In this document: positions 50,701-58,469 of the stretch, in pieces
Layout of the letters: every line of letters begins with the position of its first letter
How positions within the stretch are numbered: position 1 is the stretch's first letter
From: a virus
Reading direction: 5' to 3' (one strand)
Virus record (IMG/VR): IMGVR_UViG_3300044846_002555
Coordinates: 1 to 64,000 of that record
DNA length: 64,000 nucleotides
Translations under genes and position numbers: made by a program
Notes under the pieces: generated by a model
What the model was told of the DNA's origin: nothing
Seen by the model: the letters and a program-made list of their open reading frames with translations, nothing else
Database searches by the model: none

Positions 50701-51615
50701 GAGACAAAAGAAAGCAATTATTCAGGTGTTAATTTATTACAAAATTGGGGTCAAACAGGTCTCTCTTATTTTAATCAACAATTTTATTGTAGTTCAACTG
50801 ATGTACCATACGCAATTTTTTCAGATTTGTCTAAGCATGTTGAGTTTTTAATTGCAAGATTTAGTGGTAAAATTAGTTTATTACCTGATATAACCGCAAA
50901 AGAGATTGTTAAATTTTATACATTATATTTCTCAGCAAATCAAAAAAATATTGATGTATATAACAAATTGGTCCAAGATAATCCGAGTCAAGTAAGTCAG
51001 ATGGAAACTAGTGTTCAACAATCAATTGACCTATTTAAAACTGGTAGTGGAAATCAAAGTGGTAGTTTACCACCTAGTACACCTCCAAAGGCTAATACGG
51101 ATGCTGGGATTTTTGAAAATGCTAAAGCGTTTAGTACGGCTAGTATGCAAAATCTTCAGTATAGTAATGGTCTTCTTACAGGTAATTTTGTTCTTTACTA
51201 TGAAGGTGAATTATTAACCCAAGATTATCCTGCTAAATTATATATTTTGGGTGGTATGGATAAAATTGAAATTTGTAGTTTTACAATAAAACCAACAACA
51301 AATAAAAATGTGGGTTCATTTGTTTCATCACCTAAAGTTATTGAACTTTTAGAGGCGGCTAGAAATGATGAGACGTATAGAATTACTTTTATAGTTAAAG
51401 CGAACGCTTTTCCAAATATTAGTTACGCATTCACGAGAGTTCTTTCACCAATAGATTGTCCTGATGAGGATTTTAAATATCGTCAAATAATTGATGTAGG
51501 TACGTGGGATTCTATTAAAAATGATATTTGTTGTAATTGTTATAGTGAACCTTATACTGGGACACAAATTATTTGGGACGGAAAACCGTGTTCAAAAAAC
51601 GGGACAACATGTTAA
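44728..51615 (+). CDS. Large baseplate hub protein (2295 aa)
   Basis: GITSINI...ITIELEDVKG; MMGNAMIQPTMYFNL...F.GAY.I..V.HSI hub-like C-terminal motif. Confidence 0.65.
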   Translation: MVDKSENILVEFDYNNISIIDPNKVIDSDGKVQERYVKQENLVMYANLECKVLPRTKLALGVANNDQVQTVSIASINFLKPGDKTFLDNSYTDEITGKDTITGNGVNQPKLTSISNPNKSSDFYIRQTINSGGKQASVDNGLLGITSINIRQGLDFLPSITIELEDVKGRAMFEAGDNSPYAAFFNLPYPMFQLTIKGFYGKAVKLQLMLQTFSSRYDTSNGNFKIKLHFYTYKYTLLSEVPMAALTAVPHMYQSRVNIQTTKGGATNFSNVQDSIVSRGYQKVRELYSEYKSKGMIPDDFPEITVVQMRDRIENFIKNILTSFSQQNLDPLTYVEEYQRLLGNLDKDVYVGAGTSWFSKYMDTENYLVMKGVNGLTEGSKVYTFKREIDTQTKRTAALSELQGIISKAKEKMDENPVCGVDGKYTIDGKTNTSSKSTFKITTDIFPVEPKYGDVNVLETYRQRKKLSTTPNAEQLKQFDNELAEQGVFNSLVIVNKKGSEEKKFQYYIFEGVGRFEDLINQMGTNVKKAKENIQEALTEALTNLLQKKDNGIGFVPNIRNVLAVIFANGEAFLRLMDDVHVQAWNLNDTQIKARRNSILNPETATACVDNVSSGDNETLPIYPWPQMLVATSGKDGREMFELTYPGDKNVINQTKAYQTDLWPEVEFVEEFIRATTQTVKPPADPLTTENPLTDIQRVSLDAIEFPISNAVYDNKEEIKYFYEIFERIFLTSNYSGLLRSNGNTQDQDKVTDVIAEAESINIIQSLSNDNPFIIKKLKEFGINAGNFEVLMRHISNDGTGESWQNFIRGIFNTSYIKNKVNNSSYEFLSQNLLNENKSQPLVSLPGENNVVNFISNSTSSNIFNLTDTYPFTNFPWVKNELANGNSISDIKSSYNTTKVLTYNTNKKIISNFLDITNNNDRRPFTNFLFNEIKSPIYFFDLKLFYENRSFDKQLPTEGNLRYNDYSGLVTSNQTVSMFNTPYFVNSIQQGVKNFRNNDEYPFVASAYLFLNSLPLSTLREKYKTYSSNSATDLDYIFATLKKFGAVHKLPYAWILKIGSVWNRYKNFVETGKDILDTSWSGFSYVHNYDPVTNSPSKNYNLIINGAQMDIVLEKNTTLGVETSSLINTGFYPLLINDFNVFYQGFQIYSGYTDTDIQNGFTSGVTLNYVPEAIINMPEGFDPNNPKRDLRVIPWSVYITTLDQTSSFIVPSQGALINQTSNECITEETNQLKYEITGNTAMYNGSVRMFWSAPNYGYFDIDKVVKPTPIKYLKQVFNITGDTKQENFSINGKQDQYTEISEIFSVFETEVLDSFETEFLNFSKSIYDFDDEFISNSDSETTKSFKNFQMLMRSLMRIPKVGGTNINTELVSAVSDSQLNVLTNILQSFLNYDVVFKYGNPANFDKRLFYTFSNALIADPYTWSKYSFQTPIPLPTSGGTVTLSQSITNYPNEWRALQLYVGFSEIPQLQYTNDGSYITDFFVDCNIDFSVENIKTFAPIIKIYATQKLNDDTLNYNKFVNLMNDYIASTDKFQSIIINKLMPKLQKQLPDVGSTPDTALATALEGPQTKLEYWEAFKALNDKWISGNDFKTKTLFEDVLLMDRANRNIGDKVLVDVNKLKFRLKDINPKTSMLTFVQTILVENNFVVMNIPSYVNFYNVQDAVKNPVPKPEGSLDFANTMFGTFLNVDYRNSSAKMVCFYAGKPSEQPDFQNNANVRFKGDSFDLRRASDNPLIEDQIGKTDWDKSNKVVGFNVDVGPQSQSIFHGFQIDQSAGQATAESLQQTDELVKQSSGKVAGTQNISLYNLYKNRSYACTVSMMGNAMIQPTMYFNLRHVPMFSGAYMIQEVNHSIGPGTFETVFKGIRQAVSNLPEIDSYIQTLKTNLLTSIIEKNKQDKQEVIKESATKGDNVISETNDAVKEATKKDATTSKNSSECKPVSNYEKYSKVDSTTTKSKYKDAISTIITQTSDQKLRYLVFATIYLGSSNGTELETKESNYSGVNLLQNWGQTGLSYFNQQFYCSSTDVPYAIFSDLSKHVEFLIARFSGKISLLPDITAKEIVKFYTLYFSANQKNIDVYNKLVQDNPSQVSQMETSVQQSIDLFKTGSGNQSGSLPPSTPPKANTDAGIFENAKAFSTASMQNLQYSNGLLTGNFVLYYEGELLTQDYPAKLYILGGMDKIEICSFTIKPTTNKNVGSFVSSPKVIELLEAARNDETYRITFIVKANAFPNISYAFTRVLSPIDCPDEDFKYRQIIDVGTWDSIKNDICCNCYSEPYTGTQIIWDGKPCSKNGTTC

Positions 51616-51658
51616 ATTAAGTTTTTTCAAAATAAAAGATATTTATAAATAAAAGATT

Positions 51659-51883
51659 ATGGACACAAAATTAATATTAGACAACTATTTAGGTAAAAAT
51701 ACCAGAAGTACCGAAAAAGATTTGGGAGATGGTTCTAAACAAGTATGTGATTTAGACACAGGTGATTGTTATACTATCAGAATGAAAGATGGTTTAATTG
51801 AAAGAGTGGATAACACATTAAACAAAAATAAGAGAATTCAAGTTGAAACTTTAACAGGTGTAAAACAACTATTAAACGGTTAA
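51659..51883 (+). CDS. Hypothetical protein
   Basis: 74 aa, VCDLDTGDCY; TATTTAT at 51640. Confidence 0.75.
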   Translation: MDTKLILDNYLGKNTRSTEKDLGDGSKQVCDLDTGDCYTIRMKDGLIERVDNTLNKNKRIQVETLTGVKQLLNG

Positions 51884-51887
51884 TAAC

Positions 51888-52565
51888 ATGAAAAAAATAG
51901 ACAATCAAATTTTAGAAGAAATTGCTAGATATAATTCTATCAATCAATATATTGTTGAACAAGATGCTACGTTACCTCCACCACCAGGTGAAGTTGACCC
52001 AAATGCCGCTCCGGCTCCTGATGCAGGATTAGCCCCTGAAACGGCTCCACCGGCAGACCCAAATGCTGCGACAGTACCACCGGCTCCGGCAGGACCTCAA
52101 CCGGTTGATGTTGCGACTGACCCGGATGTAGAAAAAATTGATGATACAAAATCAGAATCAAAAACTGAGGAAATGGATATTACTGATTTAGTAAAATCGC
52201 AGAAAAAAGTTGAAGAAAAACAAGAAGAATACTTTAGTAACCTATTCCAACATTTAGATAATTTAGAAACTAAATTAGGTGAAATGGATGGTATTATGAC
52301 TAAATTAAATGATTTAGAATCTAAAGTTGAAAAATACAGAGAAAAAACACCTCAAGAAAGATTAGAATTAAGAACACTAGATTCAGGACCTTTCAATCAA
52401 AAATTAAGTCAATTTTTTGATGATAAAGAGGAGGATATGGAAAAAACAGGAAAAAATGAATATATTTTAACTCAAGACGAAGTTGAAGATTATTCCCCAA
52501 ATGAGATTAAAAAAACCTTCAGAAATTTTGAAGACGAAGTAAATCCATTTAGACAAGTAAGATAA
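51888..52565 (+). CDS. Acidic Pro-rich coiled-coil protein (possible prohead core/internal protein)
   Basis: ILEE/IVEQ N-terminus, Pro/Ala linker, coiled coil. Confidence 0.55.
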   Translation: MKKIDNQILEEIARYNSINQYIVEQDATLPPPPGEVDPNAAPAPDAGLAPETAPPADPNAATVPPAPAGPQPVDVATDPDVEKIDDTKSESKTEEMDITDLVKSQKKVEEKQEEYFSNLFQHLDNLETKLGEMDGIMTKLNDLESKVEKYREKTPQERLELRTLDSGPFNQKLSQFFDDKEEDMEKTGKNEYILTQDEVEDYSPNEIKKTFRNFEDEVNPFRQVR

Positions 52566-52569
52566 TTTT

Positions 52570-52593
52570 AACGGTCTTCGGACCGTTTTTTTT
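52570..52593 (+). terminator. Intrinsic terminator with cUUCGg tetraloop
   Basis: AACGGTC-TTCG-GACCGTT followed by a T run. Confidence 0.9.
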
Positions 52594-52603
52594 ACAAAAC
52601 AAT

Positions 52604-52632
52604 TTGACAAACACACGGCTGACACTTATACT
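52604..52632 (+). promoter_or_regulatory. Sigma70-like promoter for the replication block
   Basis: TTGACA-17 bp-TATACT, overlapping TACTTTTA. Confidence 0.7.
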
Positions 52633-52661
52633 TTTATAAACCTTTAAATATTTTAAACACT

Positions 52662-53516
52662 ATGGCGACAAATTCATTAGACGCAGTTTTGGCTCAATAC
52701 GAGCAATCAAAACAAGGTGGTTCTTCTAACACCTCAAAATTCACACAAGAAGAAAGAATGAAAAAATACTTCGCGGCAATCCTTCAAGACAAGGAAACTC
52801 AAGGGCAACGAAGATTAAGAATCTTACCAACTAAAGATGGTTCTACACCATTTAAAGAAGTTTGGTATCACGAGATTCAAGTAGATGGAAAATTCCAAAA
52901 ATTTTATGACCCGGGAAAAAACGACAACGAACGTTCACCTTTAAATGAGGTTTACGAAGAACTTCGTTCAACCGGAAAAGAATCTGACAAAGAGTTAGCT
53001 AAACAGTACTTATCACGTAAATTTTACATTGTGAAAGTTATTGATAGAGATAACGAGGCGGATGGTGTTAAATTTTGGAGATTTAAACATAACTACAAAA
53101 ACGAGGGTATTTTAGACAAAATTATCCCAATTTGGAGAAATAAAGGTGATATCACAGACCCTTTAACAGGTAGAGATATCATTTTAGAATTGACTAAAGC
53201 AAAAACTCCAAAAGGTGCTTTTTACACAGTAATTCAAACGGTTATGTATGACGATGCAGCTCCTGTTCATGAGGATAAAGCAACTGCTGACGGATGGGTT
53301 AACGATGAGTTAACTTGGGAAGATGTTTACTCTAAAAAACCGGTTGAGTATTTAGAAGCTATCGCAAGAGGTGAAACTCCAAAATGGAATTCTGATAAAG
53401 GTGGTTACGATTATGGTAATTCAGACGAAGATGAAACTTCATTTGGTGGTTCTAAACCATCGGCACCTATTGACCCACAAGCGGATGCCGAAGGGGATGA
53501 GGATATGCCATTCTAA
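52662..53516 (+). CDS. Single-stranded DNA-binding protein (gp32-like)
   Basis: LRILP, YIVKVIDRD, DITDP.TGRD, acidic tail ending DEDMPF. Confidence 0.85.
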   Translation: MATNSLDAVLAQYEQSKQGGSSNTSKFTQEERMKKYFAAILQDKETQGQRRLRILPTKDGSTPFKEVWYHEIQVDGKFQKFYDPGKNDNERSPLNEVYEELRSTGKESDKELAKQYLSRKFYIVKVIDRDNEADGVKFWRFKHNYKNEGILDKIIPIWRNKGDITDPLTGRDIILELTKAKTPKGAFYTVIQTVMYDDAAPVHEDKATADGWVNDELTWEDVYSKKPVEYLEAIARGETPKWNSDKGGYDYGNSDEDETSFGGSKPSAPIDPQADAEGDEDMPF

Positions 53517-53524
53517 TCAAAAAC

Positions 53525-53571
53525 ACTTGGACATATAACTTGGACACTGAGACATACTCGGTGTCCAAGTT
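53525..53571. repeat. 15-bp hairpin with duplicated left arm
   Basis: AACTTGGACACTGAG-ACATA-CTCGGTGTCCAAGTT; extra ACTTGGACA copy at 53525. Confidence 0.75.
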
Positions 53572-53607
53572 GTCTAAAAAACTAAAAAAATTAAATTAAT
53601 TAGATAT

Positions 53608-54612
53608 ATGGCAATTAAAAAACACGATTTTAAGTCCATTAAGGATAAATTTTCTACATCTGCAAAATACAAACCACAAAGGTTTTTTGACTTAGGTCCT
53701 GACTTTTTGGATGCGGTTGGTATTCCGGGACCAGCAATAGGGCATTTAAATATGTTCTTAGGTCACTCAGACACTGGTAAGACGACTGCTTTAGTAAAAT
53801 GTGCGGTTGATGCTCAGAAAAAACAAATATTACCGGTATTCATTATCACCGAACAAAAATGGTCATTTGAACACGCAAAACTTATGGGTTTTGAATGTGA
53901 AGAAATGGTTGATGAAGAAACAGGTGAATTAGAGTGGGATGGGTTTTATATCTTCAATAATAACTTTGATTATATTGAACAAATTACTGACTACATTAAC
54001 TCTTTATTAGATGCTCAAGAGAAAGGTGAATTAGATTATAGTTTATTATTTTTATGGGATTCTGTTGGTTCAGTTCCTTGTAAAATGACTTACGAAGGTA
54101 AAGGAGGTAAACAACATAACGCAGCGGCTTTAGCTGACAAAATAGGTATGGGTATTAATCAAAGAATATCAGGAAGTCGTAAAGCGGATTCTAAATATGA
54201 GAATACTTTGGTTATTGTTAACCAACCGTGGGTTGAACTTCCGGATAATCCATTTGGACAACCTAAAATTAAAGCTAAAGGTGGTGAAGCAATTTGGTTG
54301 AACTCTTCATTAGTTTTCCGTTTTGGAAATGAAAAAGGTGCAGGAACAACAAAGATTACGGCAACTAAAGATAAGAGAACTATCAAATTTGCGGTAAGAA
54401 CTAAAATCTCCGTAATGAAAAATCATATCAATGGACTTGGTTATGAGGATGGTAAGATTATTGTAACCCCTCATGGATTTTTGGCGGGAAAAGAAACTTC
54501 AGAAGAAAAAGCTTCAATTGAGAAGTACAAAAAAGAATATTCTGAATATTGGAAAAACATTATCGGAACAGATGGTGATTTTGACTTGAAAGAAGTAGAA
54601 GAAAAAGATTAG
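53608..54612 (+). CDS. recA: RecA/UvsX-like recombinase
   Basis: GHSDTGKTT, WDSVG, IVNQ, KGGEA, KNHI. Confidence 0.85.
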   Translation: MAIKKHDFKSIKDKFSTSAKYKPQRFFDLGPDFLDAVGIPGPAIGHLNMFLGHSDTGKTTALVKCAVDAQKKQILPVFIITEQKWSFEHAKLMGFECEEMVDEETGELEWDGFYIFNNNFDYIEQITDYINSLLDAQEKGELDYSLLFLWDSVGSVPCKMTYEGKGGKQHNAAALADKIGMGINQRISGSRKADSKYENTLVIVNQPWVELPDNPFGQPKIKAKGGEAIWLNSSLVFRFGNEKGAGTTKITATKDKRTIKFAVRTKISVMKNHINGLGYEDGKIIVTPHGFLAGKETSEEKASIEKYKKEYSEYWKNIIGTDGDFDLKEVEEKD

Positions 54613-54633
54613 TAACGAATACAAACAAAACAA

Positions 54634-55638
54634 GTGGTTAAAACCCTATTAGTGGACGGCAATAATTTAGTAAAGATTGGCTTTCACGGAGTAAAAGATT
54701 ATTATCATAATGGAAAACACATAGGTGCCTTATGGCACTTTGTGAATACCATTAGACGATTCATAGATGAACAAAACTTTGATAAAGTTGTTGTTATGTG
54801 GGATGGTGATGATAACTCTTCAACTCGAAAACTTATTTATCCCCAATACAAAGAACAACGTAGAGACAGAGACAACGAGTATAAGTTAGATTCTTTCACT
54901 GAGCAGAAAGAAAGAATCAAACAATACTTGGAGGATTGTTATGTGAGACAAATCAACGTAGATAATAACGAAGCGGATGATTTGATAGCTTACTATTGCC
55001 AAATCTCGGATAACGAACAAAAAACTATTTATTCGGGGGACAAAGACCTTACCCAACTTATTTCAGATAAGGTGTCGGTATATTATCCAAGAACCAAAGA
55101 AACTTATCAATTAGGTAGTAAAATCAAATGTGATATTTACGAATTCCCTCATCAAAATATTAAAACTTATAAAATTTTATCGGGTGATAAATCTGATAAC
55201 ATTGATGGTATTTCAGGTTTAGGAGAGAAAACTCTTATTAAGTTTTTCCCTGAGCTACTTGAAAAACCGGTTTCAATTACCGATATTTTAGAAAAAGCTG
55301 AGAACCTACTTAAAGAAAACAAGAATAATAAAACATTACAAAATTTAATATCGGGTAAAACTAAAAGTGGTGTTCATGGAGAGGAATTTTTTACTATTAA
55401 TGAGAAAATAATAAATCTATCAAATCCGTTAATTACTGATGATGCTAAAGAACTTGTAGAGTTATATTATAGAGAAACGTTAGACCCGGATGGTCGGGGA
55501 CATAGGAATCTTATAAAGATGATGATGGAAGACGGTTTTTTTAAATATCTACCAAAGGGGGATGACGCATGGGTAAATTTTGTTAGACCCTTTATGAAAC
55601 TAACAAGAAAAGAAAAAAGAAATTATAACAACAATTAA
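54634..55638 (+). CDS. 5'-3' exonuclease / flap endonuclease (T4 RNase H-like)
   Basis: LLVDGNN, EADDLIA, SGDKDL.QL, GDKSDNI.G..GLGEKT. Confidence 0.9.
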   Translation: MVKTLLVDGNNLVKIGFHGVKDYYHNGKHIGALWHFVNTIRRFIDEQNFDKVVVMWDGDDNSSTRKLIYPQYKEQRRDRDNEYKLDSFTEQKERIKQYLEDCYVRQINVDNNEADDLIAYYCQISDNEQKTIYSGDKDLTQLISDKVSVYYPRTKETYQLGSKIKCDIYEFPHQNIKTYKILSGDKSDNIDGISGLGEKTLIKFFPELLEKPVSITDILEKAENLLKENKNNKTLQNLISGKTKSGVHGEEFFTINEKIINLSNPLITDDAKELVELYYRETLDPDGRGHRNLIKMMMEDGFFKYLPKGDDAWVNFVRPFMKLTRKEKRNYNNN

Positions 55639-55646
55639 TTAAAACT

Positions 55647-56099
55647 ATGAAAGACCAAGAATCGGTAAAATTAGAATTCTTAATGATGGTAAATGATAAC
55701 ATCATTGTACAAAGATTTTTTAACGTGAGAGAGTTTAACAATGAGGCAAAGAACTCATTAGAACTTTATGAATTACTTCGTGAATTTAAAGAAGACATTC
55801 AAACTCAATTATCATTGAAAACAGTAACGTATATGTCTGATAATATGTACGAAATTATTAACAATCCGGCTATTTTGGAAACGTCATATACTGATGGTCC
55901 GGAGTACTTTAACATCTTCATCAAACAAAATGATGTGACAATTTGTCATAGACAAGTGGACGCTAAAGTATACCCTCCAAAGATAAGATACACTGTGGAT
56001 GTACGCCCACACCTAAAAAACTTGTTGATGAACTTGACTGACATTTTTTCATCTAAAAATTTAACAAAAAAATATATGGATGTTACCTTAAGTGTGTAG
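55647..56099 (+). CDS. Hypothetical protein
   Basis: 150-aa ORF within the replication operon. Confidence 0.75.
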   Translation: MKDQESVKLEFLMMVNDNIIVQRFFNVREFNNEAKNSLELYELLREFKEDIQTQLSLKTVTYMSDNMYEIINNPAILETSYTDGPEYFNIFIKQNDVTICHRQVDAKVYPPKIRYTVDVRPHLKNLLMNLTDIFSSKNLTKKYMDVTLSV

Positions 56100-56129
56100 T
56101 ATTTATTAATACACTAAAAGAAAAAATAT

Positions 56130-57512
56130 ATGGCGTCAAACAAAAATTTCGAGTATCTAGGTAGTACCTTTCAGATACAATTATTAAACCAAATCATTAT
56201 TGATAAAGATTTTTCAAGGTCTATCATCGATGTGATTGAAACAAGTTATTTTGAGAATAAATACTTCAAATTAATTATTCAAATGATTAAAGAGTATTAT
56301 ACAAAATACGAACATACACCAACCTTTGACACATTAGAACAAATCACAAAATCTGAGATACAACAACCTCTAGCTGCGAAAATCATTATTGATACCCTTA
56401 ATAAAGTTAAGGAATCCACACTTGAGGGAGCGGAGTTTGTACAAGAAAAATCAATGAAGTTCTGTAAGCAACAGGAGTTACAGAAAGTTATGGTTAAAGC
56501 TCAAAAAATCATCGACACGGGTGAATTTGAAAGTTACGACACATTAGAGGAGATGGTAAGTAAAGCTCTTCAAGTTGGGGAACACGATAAGGGAACAGAA
56601 AGTGTTTTCAGCAATTTAGATGACGTTTTAAACGAAGATTATCGCCATCCGATACCAATGGGTATTCCGGGGATAGATAGGTTATTAAAAGGTGGTTTAG
56701 CTAAAGGTGAAATCGGTGTTGTATTAGCACCAACAGGTGTTGGTAAATCAACTTTACTGACAAAAATCTCAAATCACGCATTTAATTTGGGATACAATGT
56801 TTTACAAATATTCTTTGAGGATAACCCAAAGATTATTCAACGTAAACACATTACGTTATGGACAAAAATCCATCCGGATGAATTGTCTTTAAAAAAGGAT
56901 GAGGTTATGATTAAAGTTCAAGAAATTAAGGAGAGTATGACTAATCAATTGATACTTAAAAAACTTCCATCAGATACTGTAACAATGATGCAAATTAAGA
57001 ATCAAATTAGAAAAATGATTTCTGAAGGAAACAAAATTGATATGGTATTATTGGACTACATTGATTGTGTTGTTCCTGATAAAAACTTGGGTGACGAATG
57101 GAAATCTGAAGGGTCTGTTATGAGAGGATTTGAGGCGATGTGTCATGAACTTGATTTAGTTGGTTGGACAGCAACACAAGGTAACAGAAGTTCAATATCA
57201 TCAGATGTTGTAACTACTGACCAAATGGGTGGTTCAATCAAAAAAGCACAGGTTGGGCACGTAATTATTTCCGTGGCAAAATCTCTACAACAAAAAGAAA
57301 TGAAACTAGCAACGATTGCAATTACTAAATCACGTATTGGTGATGATGGTATTGTCTTTGAAAATTGTAAATTTGACAATGGTATGTTAGAAATTGATAC
57401 AGAAAGTTCGGTGACCTTTTTAGGTCTTGAAGAACAAACTGAAGAAAGAAATAGACAACGAATCAAAGATTTGTTAGAAAAAAGAAAAGAAAAACAACAA
57501 ACACAAAATTAA
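56130..57512 (+). CDS. dnaB: Replicative helicase (DnaB/gp41-like)
   Basis: [28 protein letters not shown]. Confidence 0.9.
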   Translation: MASNKNFEYLGSTFQIQLLNQIIIDKDFSRSIIDVIETSYFENKYFKLIIQMIKEYYTKYEHTPTFDTLEQITKSEIQQPLAAKIIIDTLNKVKESTLEGAEFVQEKSMKFCKQQELQKVMVKAQKIIDTGEFESYDTLEEMVSKALQVGEHDKGTESVFSNLDDVLNEDYRHPIPMGIPGIDRLLKGGLAKGEIGVVLAPTGVGKSTLLTKISNHAFNLGYNVLQIFFEDNPKIIQRKHITLWTKIHPDELSLKKDEVMIKVQEIKESMTNQLILKKLPSDTVTMMQIKNQIRKMISEGNKIDMVLLDYIDCVVPDKNLGDEWKSEGSVMRGFEAMCHELDLVGWTATQGNRSSISSDVVTTDQMGGSIKKAQVGHVIISVAKSLQQKEMKLATIAITKSRIGDDGIVFENCKFDNGMLEIDTESSVTFLGLEEQTEERNRQRIKDLLEKRKEKQQTQN

Positions 57513-57517
57513 AAAAA

Positions 57518-58468
57518 ATGGAAGAAAAAATATTAAAAGAAAATCCGAACAGATTCGTTATTTTCCCTATTGAACATAATGATATATGGGAATTTTACCA
57601 ACAACATCAAGCAGCGTTTTGGACGGCTGAAGAAGTTGATTTATCCAATGACATTAGAGATTGGGAAAATTTAACAGACAATGAAAGATTCTTTGTTAAG
57701 AATGTATTATCATTTTTCGCAGCATCTGACGGAATCGTTAACGAAAACCTAGCGGAAAATTTCTTAAAAGAAGTACAATATCCTGAAGCTAAGTTCTTCT
57801 ACGGATTCCAACTTATGGCTGAAAATATTCACTCATTAATGTATTCATTATTGATTGACACTTATATTTCAGATGCGGATGAAAAAGATGAATGTTTCCA
57901 CGCGATTGATAAATTACCTGCGGTTCAAAAGAAAGCGAAATGGGCTTTAGATTGGATTGAAAATTCTACTTTCCAAGAAAGATTGGTTGCGTTTGCGGCG
58001 GTTGAAGGTATCTTCTTTTCAGGTTCATTCTGTTCAATTTTTTGGTTAAAATCAAGAGGAATAATGCAAGGTTTATGTAACGCTAATTCACTTATCTTTA
58101 AAGATGAGAACTTACATTGTGATTTTGCAATTCATTTGATTAATAATCACGTTGAGAATAAACCAAGTGAGAAAAGAATTAAAGAAATTTTATTATCAGC
58201 GTTAGAGATTGAAAAAGAATTTATTACTGAATCTATACCAGTATCTTTAATTGGTATGAACTCAAACTTGATGAAACAATATCTTGAATTTGTGACTGAT
58301 GGTTTATTAGTTAAATTTGGATGTAAAAAACAATTTAACGTAGAACAACCATTTAAGTTTATGGAACAAATTGCTGTTGAAACAAAGGGTAACTTCTTTG
58401 AATCAAGAACTATGGAGTACCAAAAAGCTAAATTGGGTGAGTCATTAACATTTACTGAAGATTTTTAA
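57518..58468 (+). CDS. nrdB: Ribonucleotide reductase class Ia beta subunit
   Basis: [44 protein letters not shown]. Confidence 0.95.
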   Translation: MEEKILKENPNRFVIFPIEHNDIWEFYQQHQAAFWTAEEVDLSNDIRDWENLTDNERFFVKNVLSFFAASDGIVNENLAENFLKEVQYPEAKFFYGFQLMAENIHSLMYSLLIDTYISDADEKDECFHAIDKLPAVQKKAKWALDWIENSTFQERLVAFAAVEGIFFSGSFCSIFWLKSRGIMQGLCNANSLIFKDENLHCDFAIHLINNHVENKPSEKRIKEILLSALEIEKEFITESIPVSLIGMNSNLMKQYLEFVTDGLLVKFGCKKQFNVEQPFKFMEQIAVETKGNFFESRTMEYQKAKLGESLTFTEDF

Positions 58469-58469
58469 T

